In this document: in pieces, positions 53,590-64,000 of the stretch
Numbering within the stretch: the stretch's first letter is position 1
Layout of the letters: each line of letters opens with the position of its first letter
NCBI GenBank assembly: GCA_965112155.1
Contig: OZ218099.1
DNA: 64,000 nt
Reading direction: 5' to 3' (one strand)
DNA from: Podarcis liolepis
Lineage: Eukaryota
Program-made: the position numbers and the translations under genes
The notes under the pieces: generated by a model
What the model was told of the DNA's origin: nothing
The model's database searches: none
What the model saw: only the letters and a program-made list of their open reading frames with translations

Positions 53590-53928
53590 CTGGGAAAGGC
53601 AGGGGGGGAAACAAATAGGTAAGTTGGATTCAGGTTCCAAGTGGATTTAAGTTCCCAGGATAAAAAAAAATAATGTTATTCTATACACTGGCTCCAAATC
53701 AAATGTATTCCTCCAGCCCACCCACCCCATTTTGAGTATTTAACAACTTTTGATTAATGTCTCTTCATTACACCTCCGGCTTCCGCAGAGAAAATAATAA
53801 GGCTGAAATTCTATTAGCAGGGTCTGTAACAAATCCAGGCACAACAAGACGACTGCATGTATGAGGCTTTTGCTTAGCAGCAAGAACAGGGCACCAGCTC
53901 AAGGGTGTTTAAAATGCCAGTGCCTTAC

Positions 53929-54043
53929 CAGATGCTGTCCTTGTCAGCCACCGCTATACATGGGGTGAATGGGTGAAACTTGACCACTGACGGCATGCCA
54001 GGGTTCCTGTTCAGGAAGATTTGATCATCTAGTCGTGAAATAC
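53929..54043 (-). CDS. RPTOR: Raptor coding exon 26 (115 nt): (G)ISRLDDQIFLNRNPGMPSVVKFHPFTPCIAVADKDSI(C)
   Basis: Manual translation; acceptor ccctag|GT, donor TG|gtaagg. Confidence 0.96.
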
Positions 54044-54099
54044 CTAGGGGGGGAAAGAAGGAGAAAAACAACATGAATAGTGGTATCAGGACCTCTCAC

Positions 54100-54505
54100 A
54101 ATGCCAGCTACCCTGAGCCCTAAGACTGGCAGGGGAGGTCCTATCAGTGGGACTGCCAATATATGCTGCCTGATTGGCATTAACCCATGAGAAGGCCTTC
54201 TCCTGCTAGTGGTTTTCTCTTTGTGGAATGCCCTCCCTCGGGAGGAGCATCTCCCTCATTAGTAACTTTCAGTAGGGACTTAAAAACACTCCTGTTTACC
54301 CAAGTACCTGATTGCTGAAAGACTGTTCATGGCAACTTTGAAATTATTAAGCTGTGAGGATATGTGATTGTTTTAAGTTTTAAAATATTTTAAATTGCTT
54401 ATAAATATGTTTTATTTTTATTGTATTGTTTTAGGACTTTGGTGTGTTTTTTGTTTGCTCTGGGTTCCTTTGGGAGGAAGAGCGGGGTAGAAATGTAATA
54501 AATAT
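54100..54505 (+). mobile_element. L2 LINE 3' end
   Basis: Remnants of the KAFS...LWNALP...LKTLLF C-terminus, T-rich 3' UTR and terminal ...aataaata; boundaries approximate. Confidence 0.7.
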
Positions 54506-56285
54506 TCATAATCATAAAAAATAAATTCTGATACTCAAGACTACATTGAATGTACATAATTTAGTATTCTACAAAGGAGGTTCTTGAAATATGCTGTGCT
54601 TGGTCTCCTCAAATTAAAGGAGGGAACCCACCCTGTTTCTGTCCAGGCTATCTTTATTTGTCCTCGGTCCACACAGAAAATGAAAACATCACTCAGCAAG
54701 TGCCCAACTGTTGTACTTGATTCCCTCCTGCATTACATGTCTATTTTCTGTGTGAGAGCACAGGGGAAGACTGCCAAGTTGTCTTCACTGTTTGATAGCC
54801 TCTCCTGACATTGCATTGCATTCCTGACAAATTGGAGATCTCACAAATCTTTTCAGATTTTGATAGCAGCGCTCTAAGGAGGTTAAGACGAGAACAGATT
54901 GGATTAAGCAGGCAAAATGTTTGTGCCTTGTTAAATACTTATTGCACTATGCCAATAAAGGCTGAATGGGCAGGTGAAAAAAGAGATGCCTTTACAATAT
55001 AATGTGCAACTACGAAAAGAGCCAAAGTTTCATACTTAAATAGGGCTCAAAGCCCCCAAATATTAATGGCAATTTCACACAAGAACATCATTTTCTGGAG
55101 TTCCAGCGTAAAGCAAATCTGACTATATTCTTGTGACAAAATGTTTTTTGCAGGTAAGTGGAGGCAGATTTCCAAAATGGACAGCATCAAAAAAATTCTC
55201 CAGTGTTTCCACCACTGCTAAGAGTATGCAAAATAAAATTCTGAAACTGGCATACTTAACTGTTTGCAGAGTTGTATGCATTGTTCCTTTAAAATAAAAA
55301 TGTAAGGCTCTCTTCTCTGCTGACTCAAGCCTACTAGGTCTCAAAGGACTGAGCTATATGTGAGAGACAGACCATCTCTCTCGACAGATTAATATTTCAC
55401 ACTAATCTTTCCCCAGCTGACATCTGTAGACGGAAAGTCCCCCCAAATTTTCTCATCCCTGGTGAGAGCAATCTTGAGTCACGCTGAAAATGGCAGTATA
55501 GGTGAACAGCACAAATTTGCTCTTATTCACTGGCCAACCAAGCTGCAGAAAGAGTAGAAATGTCAATTCTAACCACAGCTATGCAAAATTAAGGGGCCAC
55601 TTCAGCAAGATACAGGGAATTCAAATATCCTCTGTCATTAAACAATAAAGCCCACAGCCTGACTGCTGCCTCGTAAATGAATAAAGAGTTATAAATAAGC
55701 AAGATGCGCTTTCAGTACAGCACTGAATATATATGCTGATGAAACGTGAGTCCAATGTATATGAAGGGAAAGAAGCTGTAAGTGTAAAAGAGGCCACACA
55801 TAAAAAAGCATTGCAGAAACATGACAGGATATGAATAAACAATCATTTATGGGGCCCCATAAAACCAAAGGATACTGAAACCCTTTAGGTGCCTTGTGAA
55901 TGTGAAGGGGATACAGCAGGCTCTTGCAGATCACAAGCTAATTTGCTGAAAACCCCAGCAGTATTAGACACCTATCAAACTCTGACTCTGCTCTTTGGAG
56001 AAGGTGAAAATGCTGGCATTTCGCCTGCAACACCATCTCTTGTAAACAAGCTGCCGCATCCATCTAAACTTTACCGGATGGAAGAAAAGCCTGGCTATGT
56101 TCAGCAGCATATGTTCAACGTCTTTGAGCAATTCATTTTATCTCGAATATTTTGCTTTTGGTGGGGCATGCCATTTCTGATCAGCATAACTGTCCAGAAG
56201 CTCTGCTACTAGCATTCAGCGTTAGCAAGCTTCCTCGGTAGGCACATGTTTCACATACGCACCCCCCACCCCAGAATCCCACCTT

Positions 56286-56583
56286 TAAGGTAAAGGTAAA
56301 GGGACCCCTGACCATTAGGTCCAGTCGTGGCCGACTCTGGGGCTGTGGTGCTCATCTTGCTTTATTGGCCGAGGGAGCCGGCATACAGCTTCCGGGTCAT
56401 GTGGCCAGCATGACTAAGCCGCTTCTGGCGAACCAGAGCAGCACACAGAAACGCCGTTTACCTTCCCGCTTGAGTGGTACCTATTTATCTACTTGCACTT
56501 TGATGTGCTTTTGAACTGCTAGGTTGGCAGGAGCAGAGACCGAGCAAATGGGTGCTCACCCCGTCGTGGGGATTCGAACTGCC
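56286..56583 (-). mobile_element. Sauria SINE (Squam1), slightly 5'-truncated
   Basis: Reverse complement match to the other copies; (accttt)n tail. Confidence 0.9.
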
Positions 56584-57136
56584 TATAGACAGCGGCAATA
56601 GAATTACATGGGCAGATTTAGCTAGTTATTTACGTTTACGCACAGATCTTAATATGGGATAATGATTACTGAGCACAATCAAAATATGCACATGCTTCGA
56701 ATGTCAGCGGGGAATAGCTCAGCTACAATATGCACATTTCCTGGGTTAGGGAGAATTAGCTAATTAATTCTAACCACTACTAAACTATTGCACCCACGCA
56801 ACATACGTGTGAAAAGGAGCATGTATACAGGACGCAAGAGGAGATGGGGTTGGAGGGCAAGTGTCCTGCTGCTGAGAGAGACACATTAGTCTTCTCCCTC
56901 TGTGTCTGTCTGTCTGTCTGTCTCTCTCTCTCGGCTCACATTAAAAACCAGACCTCAGTGATGCAAAGTGGAATGAATGTAGTGAAAAGCTGACTTAGGC
57001 AAGGACTAAAATACCTATTTAAAACACAGGCACTCAAGGATAGGAAGAAGGGGCTGCAATTTGCAGGGAAAGAACTTGCCACCCCAGGAAAACAATATAA
57101 CTGGGGCACACTGAAACTCCTGGGTTAGTCAGGAAA

Positions 57137-57199
57137 CAGTCAGGAGCAGAGAACAGCCTTGTTCATTCAGATATTCCATGGCAGTGATCCTCGTGTAGC
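57137..57199 (-). repeat. 63-bp intronic duplicate of part of RPTOR exon 27
   Basis: 60/63 identity to 53471-53533 by direct alignment. Confidence 0.9.
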
Positions 57200-57539
57200 T
57201 CCTAAATTCCTGTGTTAGGATACAGTGGGACAACCACAAATCATATTGGTAATATCAGAGCAGAGTGTCTCCCAGACTCTTGTAACTAGCAGCCTGCTGA
57301 CTCCACATGCATATGCTTTACCCAAGGAGAAAAAGGCTGTCTAACTCTCAAAAGCAAACAACCCCATTACAACAAAACAAGTTGAAGTTGTGAGCAGAAG
57401 CTCACACTAAAGAGGTCAACACTGGCCAAACAAATAGTTTATGAACAGTGTTCTTCTTCATGGCCTCATGTAAAGAGTGGATAAGCATTCTTCTTGGTGC
57501 CAGGAGATGTATAAAGGTAAGGGAGAAAAAGTTGACCAC

Positions 57540-57645
57540 CTTTTTGGATGATTTTCTGTGCTTGCTTTCGGACTCTGGCATTGCGCAGAAACCGCCACTC
57601 CCTTTCTTTGCGGACCTGGCTCTCCAAATCATGTTCTTCTGGAAT
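57540..57645 (-). CDS. RPTOR: Raptor coding exon 25 (106 nt): IPEEHDLESQVRKEREWRFLRNARVRKQAQKIIQK(G)
   Basis: Near-identical to vertebrate Raptor; acceptor ggcag|ATT, donor AAAG|gtggtc. Confidence 0.96.
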
Positions 57646-58982
57646 CTGCCAATAAATAATAATAATAATAATGAATACAACAGGGGAATGGCAAAAAAAG
57701 GCTTCTTGCGATTCCAAATGCATGCTAATTTAAACCAGAACAGGGACCCTTCAGCCCATGCAATCTGACCAAAACCAGCAAGGGGCAGATGAGGTTTTTC
57801 TGTTCTTATACACTTCATTACCTTCTGAACTGCACATCATCCACCACTGGGCCCCAGGGCTGTCAAGTGATCAAAGCCTCAGTTGTTTCTTTTAACCAAT
57901 TAAAATAAATATGATAAAATGTCTACATAGGCAATATTTTCAAGAAATCTAATGCAGATAATTTTTCATTGACAAACGACAGGGAATTCAACTGGAATGC
58001 ACTGCCTGAATGCAGATGTATACATAGATCAATTGCAAAAATAATATTGGCACTGAAATCCTCTCACTCGGGACATTTATTTTAAAATGCACATTTTAAG
58101 CTTATAGCTGATAAACCGTATCCGTTATTTGACAAATATTCCAAAACCTATTCTTTACTCACTCTTTTGAAAAGGTCTATTTGTTTTTGTCTTGTCTCAT
58201 TCAGGCTGCAAGTTCTCACAGAAAGCGAATGAATACCCCATCTTCTTAAACAGCAACGTAAATTTATGAAGCTCATATAAATGGCTTGTCACAGCAGATA
58301 TATTTGAATCTTGTGGCTGCTGTTATGAACCCGCAAGCTCATCCCTAGTACAGGACCATTTTTACACTTGTCTCCAAGGCTTTCTTCTGTTTAGATGGAA
58401 GGAGTGCAACTTCTGCATAATTCCTTATGAATAAAAGGCTCCATAAAGTATGTGGCAGGGAAGTGTAAACACAGAAGGTATAATTCAAAATTGGAGACAA
58501 CATGTGGAGATCCTGTACTTCTTCCTGTCGAGGGCCTGAGCAGCTAGGGGATCGTAAAGATTCTGCCCCGTTATTTAAGGAAGCAAGCACACTCAATTGC
58601 AAGAAGTTGCTGCTGCTCATATTTTGGGAATGGCTGCTGAAAACAATTAGGCAGAAGTGTAACGGCATGAAAACATACATATTAAATGTCAAACGTGAGT
58701 TGGCTTTCTGTGCAGAGAAAGGTGTACTTTGGATTTTCAGAGCCAGGCCTGCAGTTTTCAAACCAAGCACTCACTCAGCTCAGGTGTTTTGCTTTCATGA
58801 CGACATCCTTTGAAATTATTATTCATGCCATGATGAAGACTCTGCTGATATAAAACAGTGCTGCTAATCAGTTGGTACTGTAGCCTGAGAGACCAGGCAT
58901 TGGTTACCACTGAGAAAAGAGGTGTGGTAGCTGTTAAATTTGTTCTAGACCAATAGGAATCCAAGGAAGAACATTTCTTTTA

Positions 58983-59231
58983 GAAGAAGAGGAGTTTGGA
59001 TTTGATATCCCGCTTTATCACTACCCAAAGGAGTCTCAAAGCGGCTAACAATCTCCTTTCCCTTCCTCCCCCACAACAAACACTCTGTGAGGTGAGTGGG
59101 GCTGAGAGACTTCAGAGAAGTGTGACTGGCCCAAGGTCACCCAGCAGCTGCATGTGGAGGAGCGGGGAAGCGAACTCGGTCCCCCAGATTACGAATCTAC
59201 CGCTCTTAACCACTGCACCACACTGGCTCTC
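58983..59231 (-). mobile_element. Squam3/POM-type SINE
   Basis: Reverse complement of 9917-10164; (CTT)n tail. Confidence 0.87.
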
Positions 59232-60989
59232 TTAGACTGGTTATCAGAACCTCCCAGTTCACAACAGAAAGAAAGACACATCAATAAAGACTGAAAGGGC
59301 ACACTTAGTCCCTATCAGTCCAGAAAAAAAGTATGCCAAATCATATTGCCATGCAAAAAGGATTCACAGCAGCCCATCCTCTGGAAACAAATCACAACAA
59401 GATTACAAAGCTAGACAGCATTTGTTTTATTATTTAAAAAATAACAATTCTCCCTCACTCTCCCCAGTAGTTTTCTTTGGCAACAATCCAAGGTTTGTTA
59501 GACGGAACATGAGAAATGAACAGCAATGTACAGCAATAAGCAAACCCAAGATAAAATACATTAAAGTATTTTCAAGTGGAGAGATATCCTTTGATAAAAA
59601 TGTCATTTCAAAGGAATAAATTGGAAGAAGATCTTAAAGGACTCTGTATCAAGAAAAGAAGACAAGGGGCATGTACAGAATCTAAACATTACCAGTTGGC
59701 ATCTAGAATGGCTTTTGTAGGTATGGATTAGGGAAAGCTTCTTCCCTGTGTAACAGCTCCCATGGAGTTAGTCTGTCCATATCAGAAGCTGGCTGCACCT
59801 AAGTGCCTTCAGCACATTTGTTGCGTTGGCCTACAATGCCAAATATGTTCGTATGTTCATTTGTTTCACTTTATCTGCTCTACCATGCCAAATTATGGAA
59901 AGGAAGAGCTACATGGTTTTCTCTATGTAGTCATATAAGGAAGTATCACATACATAAACAGAAAATAGGTTGCATCCAATGAAGTTGTTCCTTTACTGCA
60001 AGGAATTTAGAGCAATTTATGCCGGGAACCAGATGAGGACCAGGGCATTAGCTTCCTGATCACAAGCTTCCATACTGTGCAATGTACTAGAGCAAGCTGA
60101 TATACTTTGTCACTTTGCAATGAAACTTCTCCTCTCTTAACCCCCCCCCTCCCTGTGCATCCCCCATATCTATTCTGGCGGTTCCTCAACTTTCTAGGGC
60201 AGATTTGGGAGAGGCACAGGAGGGTATGTAGAGAGAGGAGGAGGAGGAGAAGTTCTGCTGCACTAGCAGAACAGGACAGCTTCATTGAGAACAACTCAGT
60301 ATTTTTGGCCTCATACTCTGGTGAGCTGTAGTGGAATGCACTGATGAACAGGACTGACCCACAACATTTTGGCACCCGTGGCTAACCACAAAATGGTGCC
60401 CCTATCCCCACCAGGGGAGAAGGGTGAGTGAAGATCTGCATCAGGAACAAGGATGGAAGGAAGATCTACATGAATATCTGCTGCCCCTATGGCTCCTGCC
60501 ACCTGAGACGGTCGCTTTACCCTGCTTCATGGGTAGGCTGGTCCTGCTAGTGAATGATGTTGCTAAAACCAAGGCAGTACTTGGTTCTAGCAACTCGGGA
60601 GGGGAATGGAATAAACCATCTACACACAAATGGGAGCAACCTGAGATCAGTACATGTGCAAGTGTCTCAATTAGTGGCCAATTATCAGCAAGGGATTAAG
60701 AGTGTGATCCGAAATAAGTGATTTAAGAATAACATTAATTCCTTTCCCAGAAATAAGGACTCGCTCGAGTATTTGCATTTTTTCAGCTTAGGTGACTGGG
60801 TTACAAAGGTGGGGCAGGAGGGAGTCTTATAAAATTATGCATAGTGTAGAGGAAGTGGAATGAATGATACTCCCTCTCTCATAACACTTCAAATTAGAGG
60901 TCATCCGATGAAACTGACAGGCACAAGATTAAAGATAAACAAAAGAAAGCACCTTCACACCATGCAATTCATAATGGCTTGGATGGCTT

Positions 60990-61153
60990 CATATGCCTGT
61001 TGTCTTTGTCCATGGAGTTTTCTTGGCAGGGATACTGGAGTGGCTTGCCGGTTCCTGCTCCAGGTGGATCACGTTTGGTCAAAACTCTCCACTATGACCT
61101 GCCCATCTTGGTCATAACATAGCTTCTCTGAGTTATTCAAGCCCCTTCGCCAT
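60990..61153 (-). mobile_element. Inverted BovB 5'-region fragment
   Basis: Reverse complement ggtcatagtggagagttttgacc...ggcaagccactccagtatccctgccaagaaaactccatgg resembles the BovB 5' / Bov-A head segment. Confidence 0.7.
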
Positions 61154-61224
61154 GGCTTAGTATACATACTAGTATACATACTTCCATACATACATACATA
61201 GTATACATACTTCTATACATACTA

Positions 61225-61656
61225 GTAGTGATGTATGGAAGTGAGAGCTGGACCATAAAGAAGGCTGATCGCCGAAGAATTGATGCTTTTGAATTATGGT
61301 GCTGGAGGAGACTCTTGAGAGTCCCATGGACTGCAAGAAGATCAAACCTATCCATTCTGAAGGAATTCAGCACTGAGTGCTCACTGGAAGGACAGATCCT
61401 GAAGCTGAGGCTCCAATACTTTGGCCACCTCATGAGAAGAGAAGACTCCCTGGAAAAGACCCTGATGTTGGGAAAGATGGAGGGCACAAGGAGAAGGGGG
61501 CGACAGAGGATGAGATGGTTGGACAGTGTTCTCAAAGCTACCAGCATGAGTTTGACCAAACTGCGGGAGGCAGTGGAAGGCAGGAGTGCCTGGCATGCTC
61601 TGGTCCATGGGGTCACGAAGAGTCGGACACGACTAAACGACTAAACAACAACAACA
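61225..61656 (+). mobile_element. RTE-BovB LINE 3' end
   Basis: Open ORF MYGSESWTIKKADRRRIDAFELWCWRRLLRVPWTARRS...HGVTKSRTRLND, typical BovB C-terminus, then a (CAA)n tail. Confidence 0.95.
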
Positions 61657-63419
61657 GATGGCTTTAAAAAGACAGGACAAATTTATTGAGTTTTAGGACT
61701 ATTAATAGCCATTAGTAATGAAATCTACTGCGATCTCTACCTTCCGAGGCAGTAAAGGAAGTGTAAACCAGTTTTTGCTGTTGGGGGGCAATCAGTGGAG
61801 GATGGCTGTTGCGCTCATGCCATACTTGTGGGCTTCTCAGATGGAGGATGATAGACTAGATGAACCATTGGCTCAATCCAGCAGGCCTATTCTCACACTA
61901 TGTTTGTTCTCTCCTTGCAGTCATTTTTTTTTACTTTAGAAAAGACTTTCTATAGTAAACAAAAGACAAGCTTCTGTTCTGTTCTATTCACTTCTATGTG
62001 GGTCTCCCAGAGGTGTGTGGGTGTATGGAATAGTGTTACATGATTAGGATCATGACACACTACAGATTTCTAACACCTCTTGGCTTCCACTCAGACAGAA
62101 ACCAATTACAATTCAAAAGTATCCCACTGAGCAGTGCCATGTGAAAGCCAATGAAGTTGTTCTCCGCTTTATCCATATCAAGATGGAAACAGTCAGCAAG
62201 GGGTTGTGGAAATAAGGACAGAGGATGGATTTTCTCCTTGCAGCAATAAATAATGTTATAGGGAGATCTCTGCTGGTTTCACAGTGATGAAACAGTTTCC
62301 TAAGGGGCTAAATCCTCCATCAGTTGAACAGAGCCAGAGCCACTGTGGAGCTGAGGTGGCAACCTGTGGCTATTGAGGCTTGGGTGTGAGTGTATATTTT
62401 TGTCCATATGTTGTCTGCATTAAACATAAAAGATCCTAAAAGTTGCAGTCAGACACAGGGGCAACACCAATACTGCACTTCCCCGACTTTAAACGTTTTC
62501 AGAACTCTTGAGGTGGGAGTGGGGCTGGATCTATGATTACCTGAGCATTGCTATTAAGTATCAGTTAAAGCACTACCAGCTAAAACACTACACTCTTTTC
62601 TGAAACAAACCTTGTTCTGCTTTTCCATAAATCGAACACTAACTGATGCCAATCATTTGTAATGCCACCAGTCAGTGCATAGAAGCATAATGCCTATTTC
62701 TCAGGGAAGGAATGTTCCCTTCCACACCAAACCTTACAGAAATTAGGTGTACTTGCAGCCCCTTTTGCATGTATTCCTCACAAGAGCATCTACTCGGTCA
62801 CCCTGCCTGCTGCATGTGTTTCCTAGAAGAGTCTTGGCATAAGGATCTAGGCTCTCTCTCCTATCTACATTTAGTTCACATTTCATGGTGTGTGTGTTTA
62901 AATGCAGGCAGCTGAAATTCTCAGAAGGCAGCAGGAACAAAACAAGATTCTTTACTCCTGAATGTGCCACGTACAGCATTTTCAGGAGACTATTCCACAT
63001 AACTCTAGAGAACTATATAGATTGTAAGGATGTCAAGCTCAGCTAGATGAACTATGGAATAACCAGGAAAACAGCACAGCTGCAACTGATGGCATATACC
63101 AATTTTGCTCCTTTGATATGTGCAGTGCTAGCTTTTGTTTCATAGACACTAATTATTGTTCAGTGTAGCGTTAGGAATTTTTTTTTTTACTATCTTTGGT
63201 GAAGAACACCCTGTAGGATAAAGCATGTGTGGTGTCCATGAAACCTCTGTTAACAGGCTCCCAAATCGACTTTTTATGCAACATGAGCAAAATGCAAAAG
63301 ATAGTGGTAGGTAGAGAAAGAAGCAAGCATAAAGGTATACTGCACATCCCTTGGATGGGATCTTTAATACTGGATTCTAGAGGTTTTTAAGCAGAAGTTG
63401 AATGGCAAATGTGTAAGAT

Positions 63420-63487
63420 CTAGTTGAGATTCCTGGACTAGATGACCCTCAGGGTCTCTTCCAACTCTACAGTTCTATGATTCTATA
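63420..63487 (+). mobile_element. CR1 LINE 3' terminus
   Basis: ggactagatgaccctcagggtctcttccaactctacagttctatgattcta. Confidence 0.75.
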
Positions 63488-64000
63488 AGGAATCACAGGT
63501 TTTTCCACTGGAAGCACAGGTCTAGAACTCCTCCTAGGAGAAAAGCAGTTTGGAGGATGAAGAGTTATGGGGCGGGGAGCAATGGATGGTGAAAGAGTGA
63601 TGGACTATTGTTCCCCATAACATTTCATTTTGGAATGCCTGGCTGTAACTTTGGCCAGGTGGCGTTTGGATTCATAGAGTTCACCAGTATTGTGTAAAAA
63701 CTGCCAATACACCTTCCCAAAATTGGATAAGCATTTTCTAATGTTTCCTGAATTAGAGCCAAACCTTTGTGCTGGTATGCTTATATTGATCATGAGGTCT
63801 TGTCATGAACAAGACCTGCCTTTGTGTGTGAGAGAAAGCAAGCAAGTGGGGATGAGCAATTGTGTGGTAGCAGAGAAGAAGAGAGATGGACAGTAGAGTG
63901 GAGAAGTAGTGAGTGGACTCATGAGAGATTGTGGGGGTGTGGTGGAAGGGCAAAGAAAGGAGATGGTTGAGGGTGAGGATTGTGCAGGGGAGGGAAAGAT

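Larger units (their letters stand above)
60800..61890 (+). mobile_element. Degenerate CR1 3' fragment interrupted by the BovB insertion
   Basis: CR1-like text (tataaaattatgcat..., ggatggctt|taaaaag..., gactagatgaaccattggctcaatccagcagg) resumes across the BovB; boundaries approximate. Confidence 0.6.
16950..64000 (-). other. RPTOR: RPTOR gene, 3' portion (exons 25-34 by human numbering plus 3' UTR); upstream exons lie beyond the window end
   Basis: Ten exons translate to the Raptor C-terminus from IPEEHDLESQ to SVEKRIR*. All junctions are GT-AG with consistent phases; spliced CDS is 1089 nt. The preceding exon (..FCDWSARYFAQPVMK) was not found in 57646-64000. The 3' end coordinate is approximate. 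Confidence 0.96.

Noticed and set aside
55145-55159. Recursive-splice-like TTTTTTGCAG|GTAAGT
   Set aside because: On the plus strand, antisense to RPTOR; no supporting plus-strand transcript evidence
60540-60575. NDVAK peptide, also present in an upstream part of human Raptor
   Set aside because: Wrong strand and only five residues; chance match
61137-61616. 159-aa minus-strand ORF, the longest in the track
   Set aside because: Antisense frame of the BovB fragment

Overview
Eukaryotic DNA, most likely from a squamate (probably lacertid lizard), inferred from Sauria/Squam1 SINEs, Squam3/POM-type SINEs and BovB. The minus strand carries the 3' part of RPTOR (Raptor, mTORC1 scaffold). I traced ten coding exons (human-numbering 25-34; 57645 down to the TAA stop at 19212). 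All have GT-AG boundaries and matching phases, total 1089 nt, and encode the C-terminal WD40 propeller. A putative ~2.2 kb 3' UTR follows, ending near 16950. Bases 1-16900 look intergenic, with a 200-N gap. The rest is introns with SINEs, Tc1/mariner-type and hAT MITEs, and L2/CR1/BovB fragments. Almost all ORF-track entries are spurious. Best lead: a frame-preserving 48-nt (or 36-nt) cassette exon at 44122-44169 in intron 28 that would insert LARRVSIYLDRSKQGG, containing an RRxS kinase motif, into the Raptor WD40 region. Other leads: a 63-bp intronic copy of exon 27, and a 5'-inverted BovB insertion with a templated junction. No prokaryote-type systems are present.
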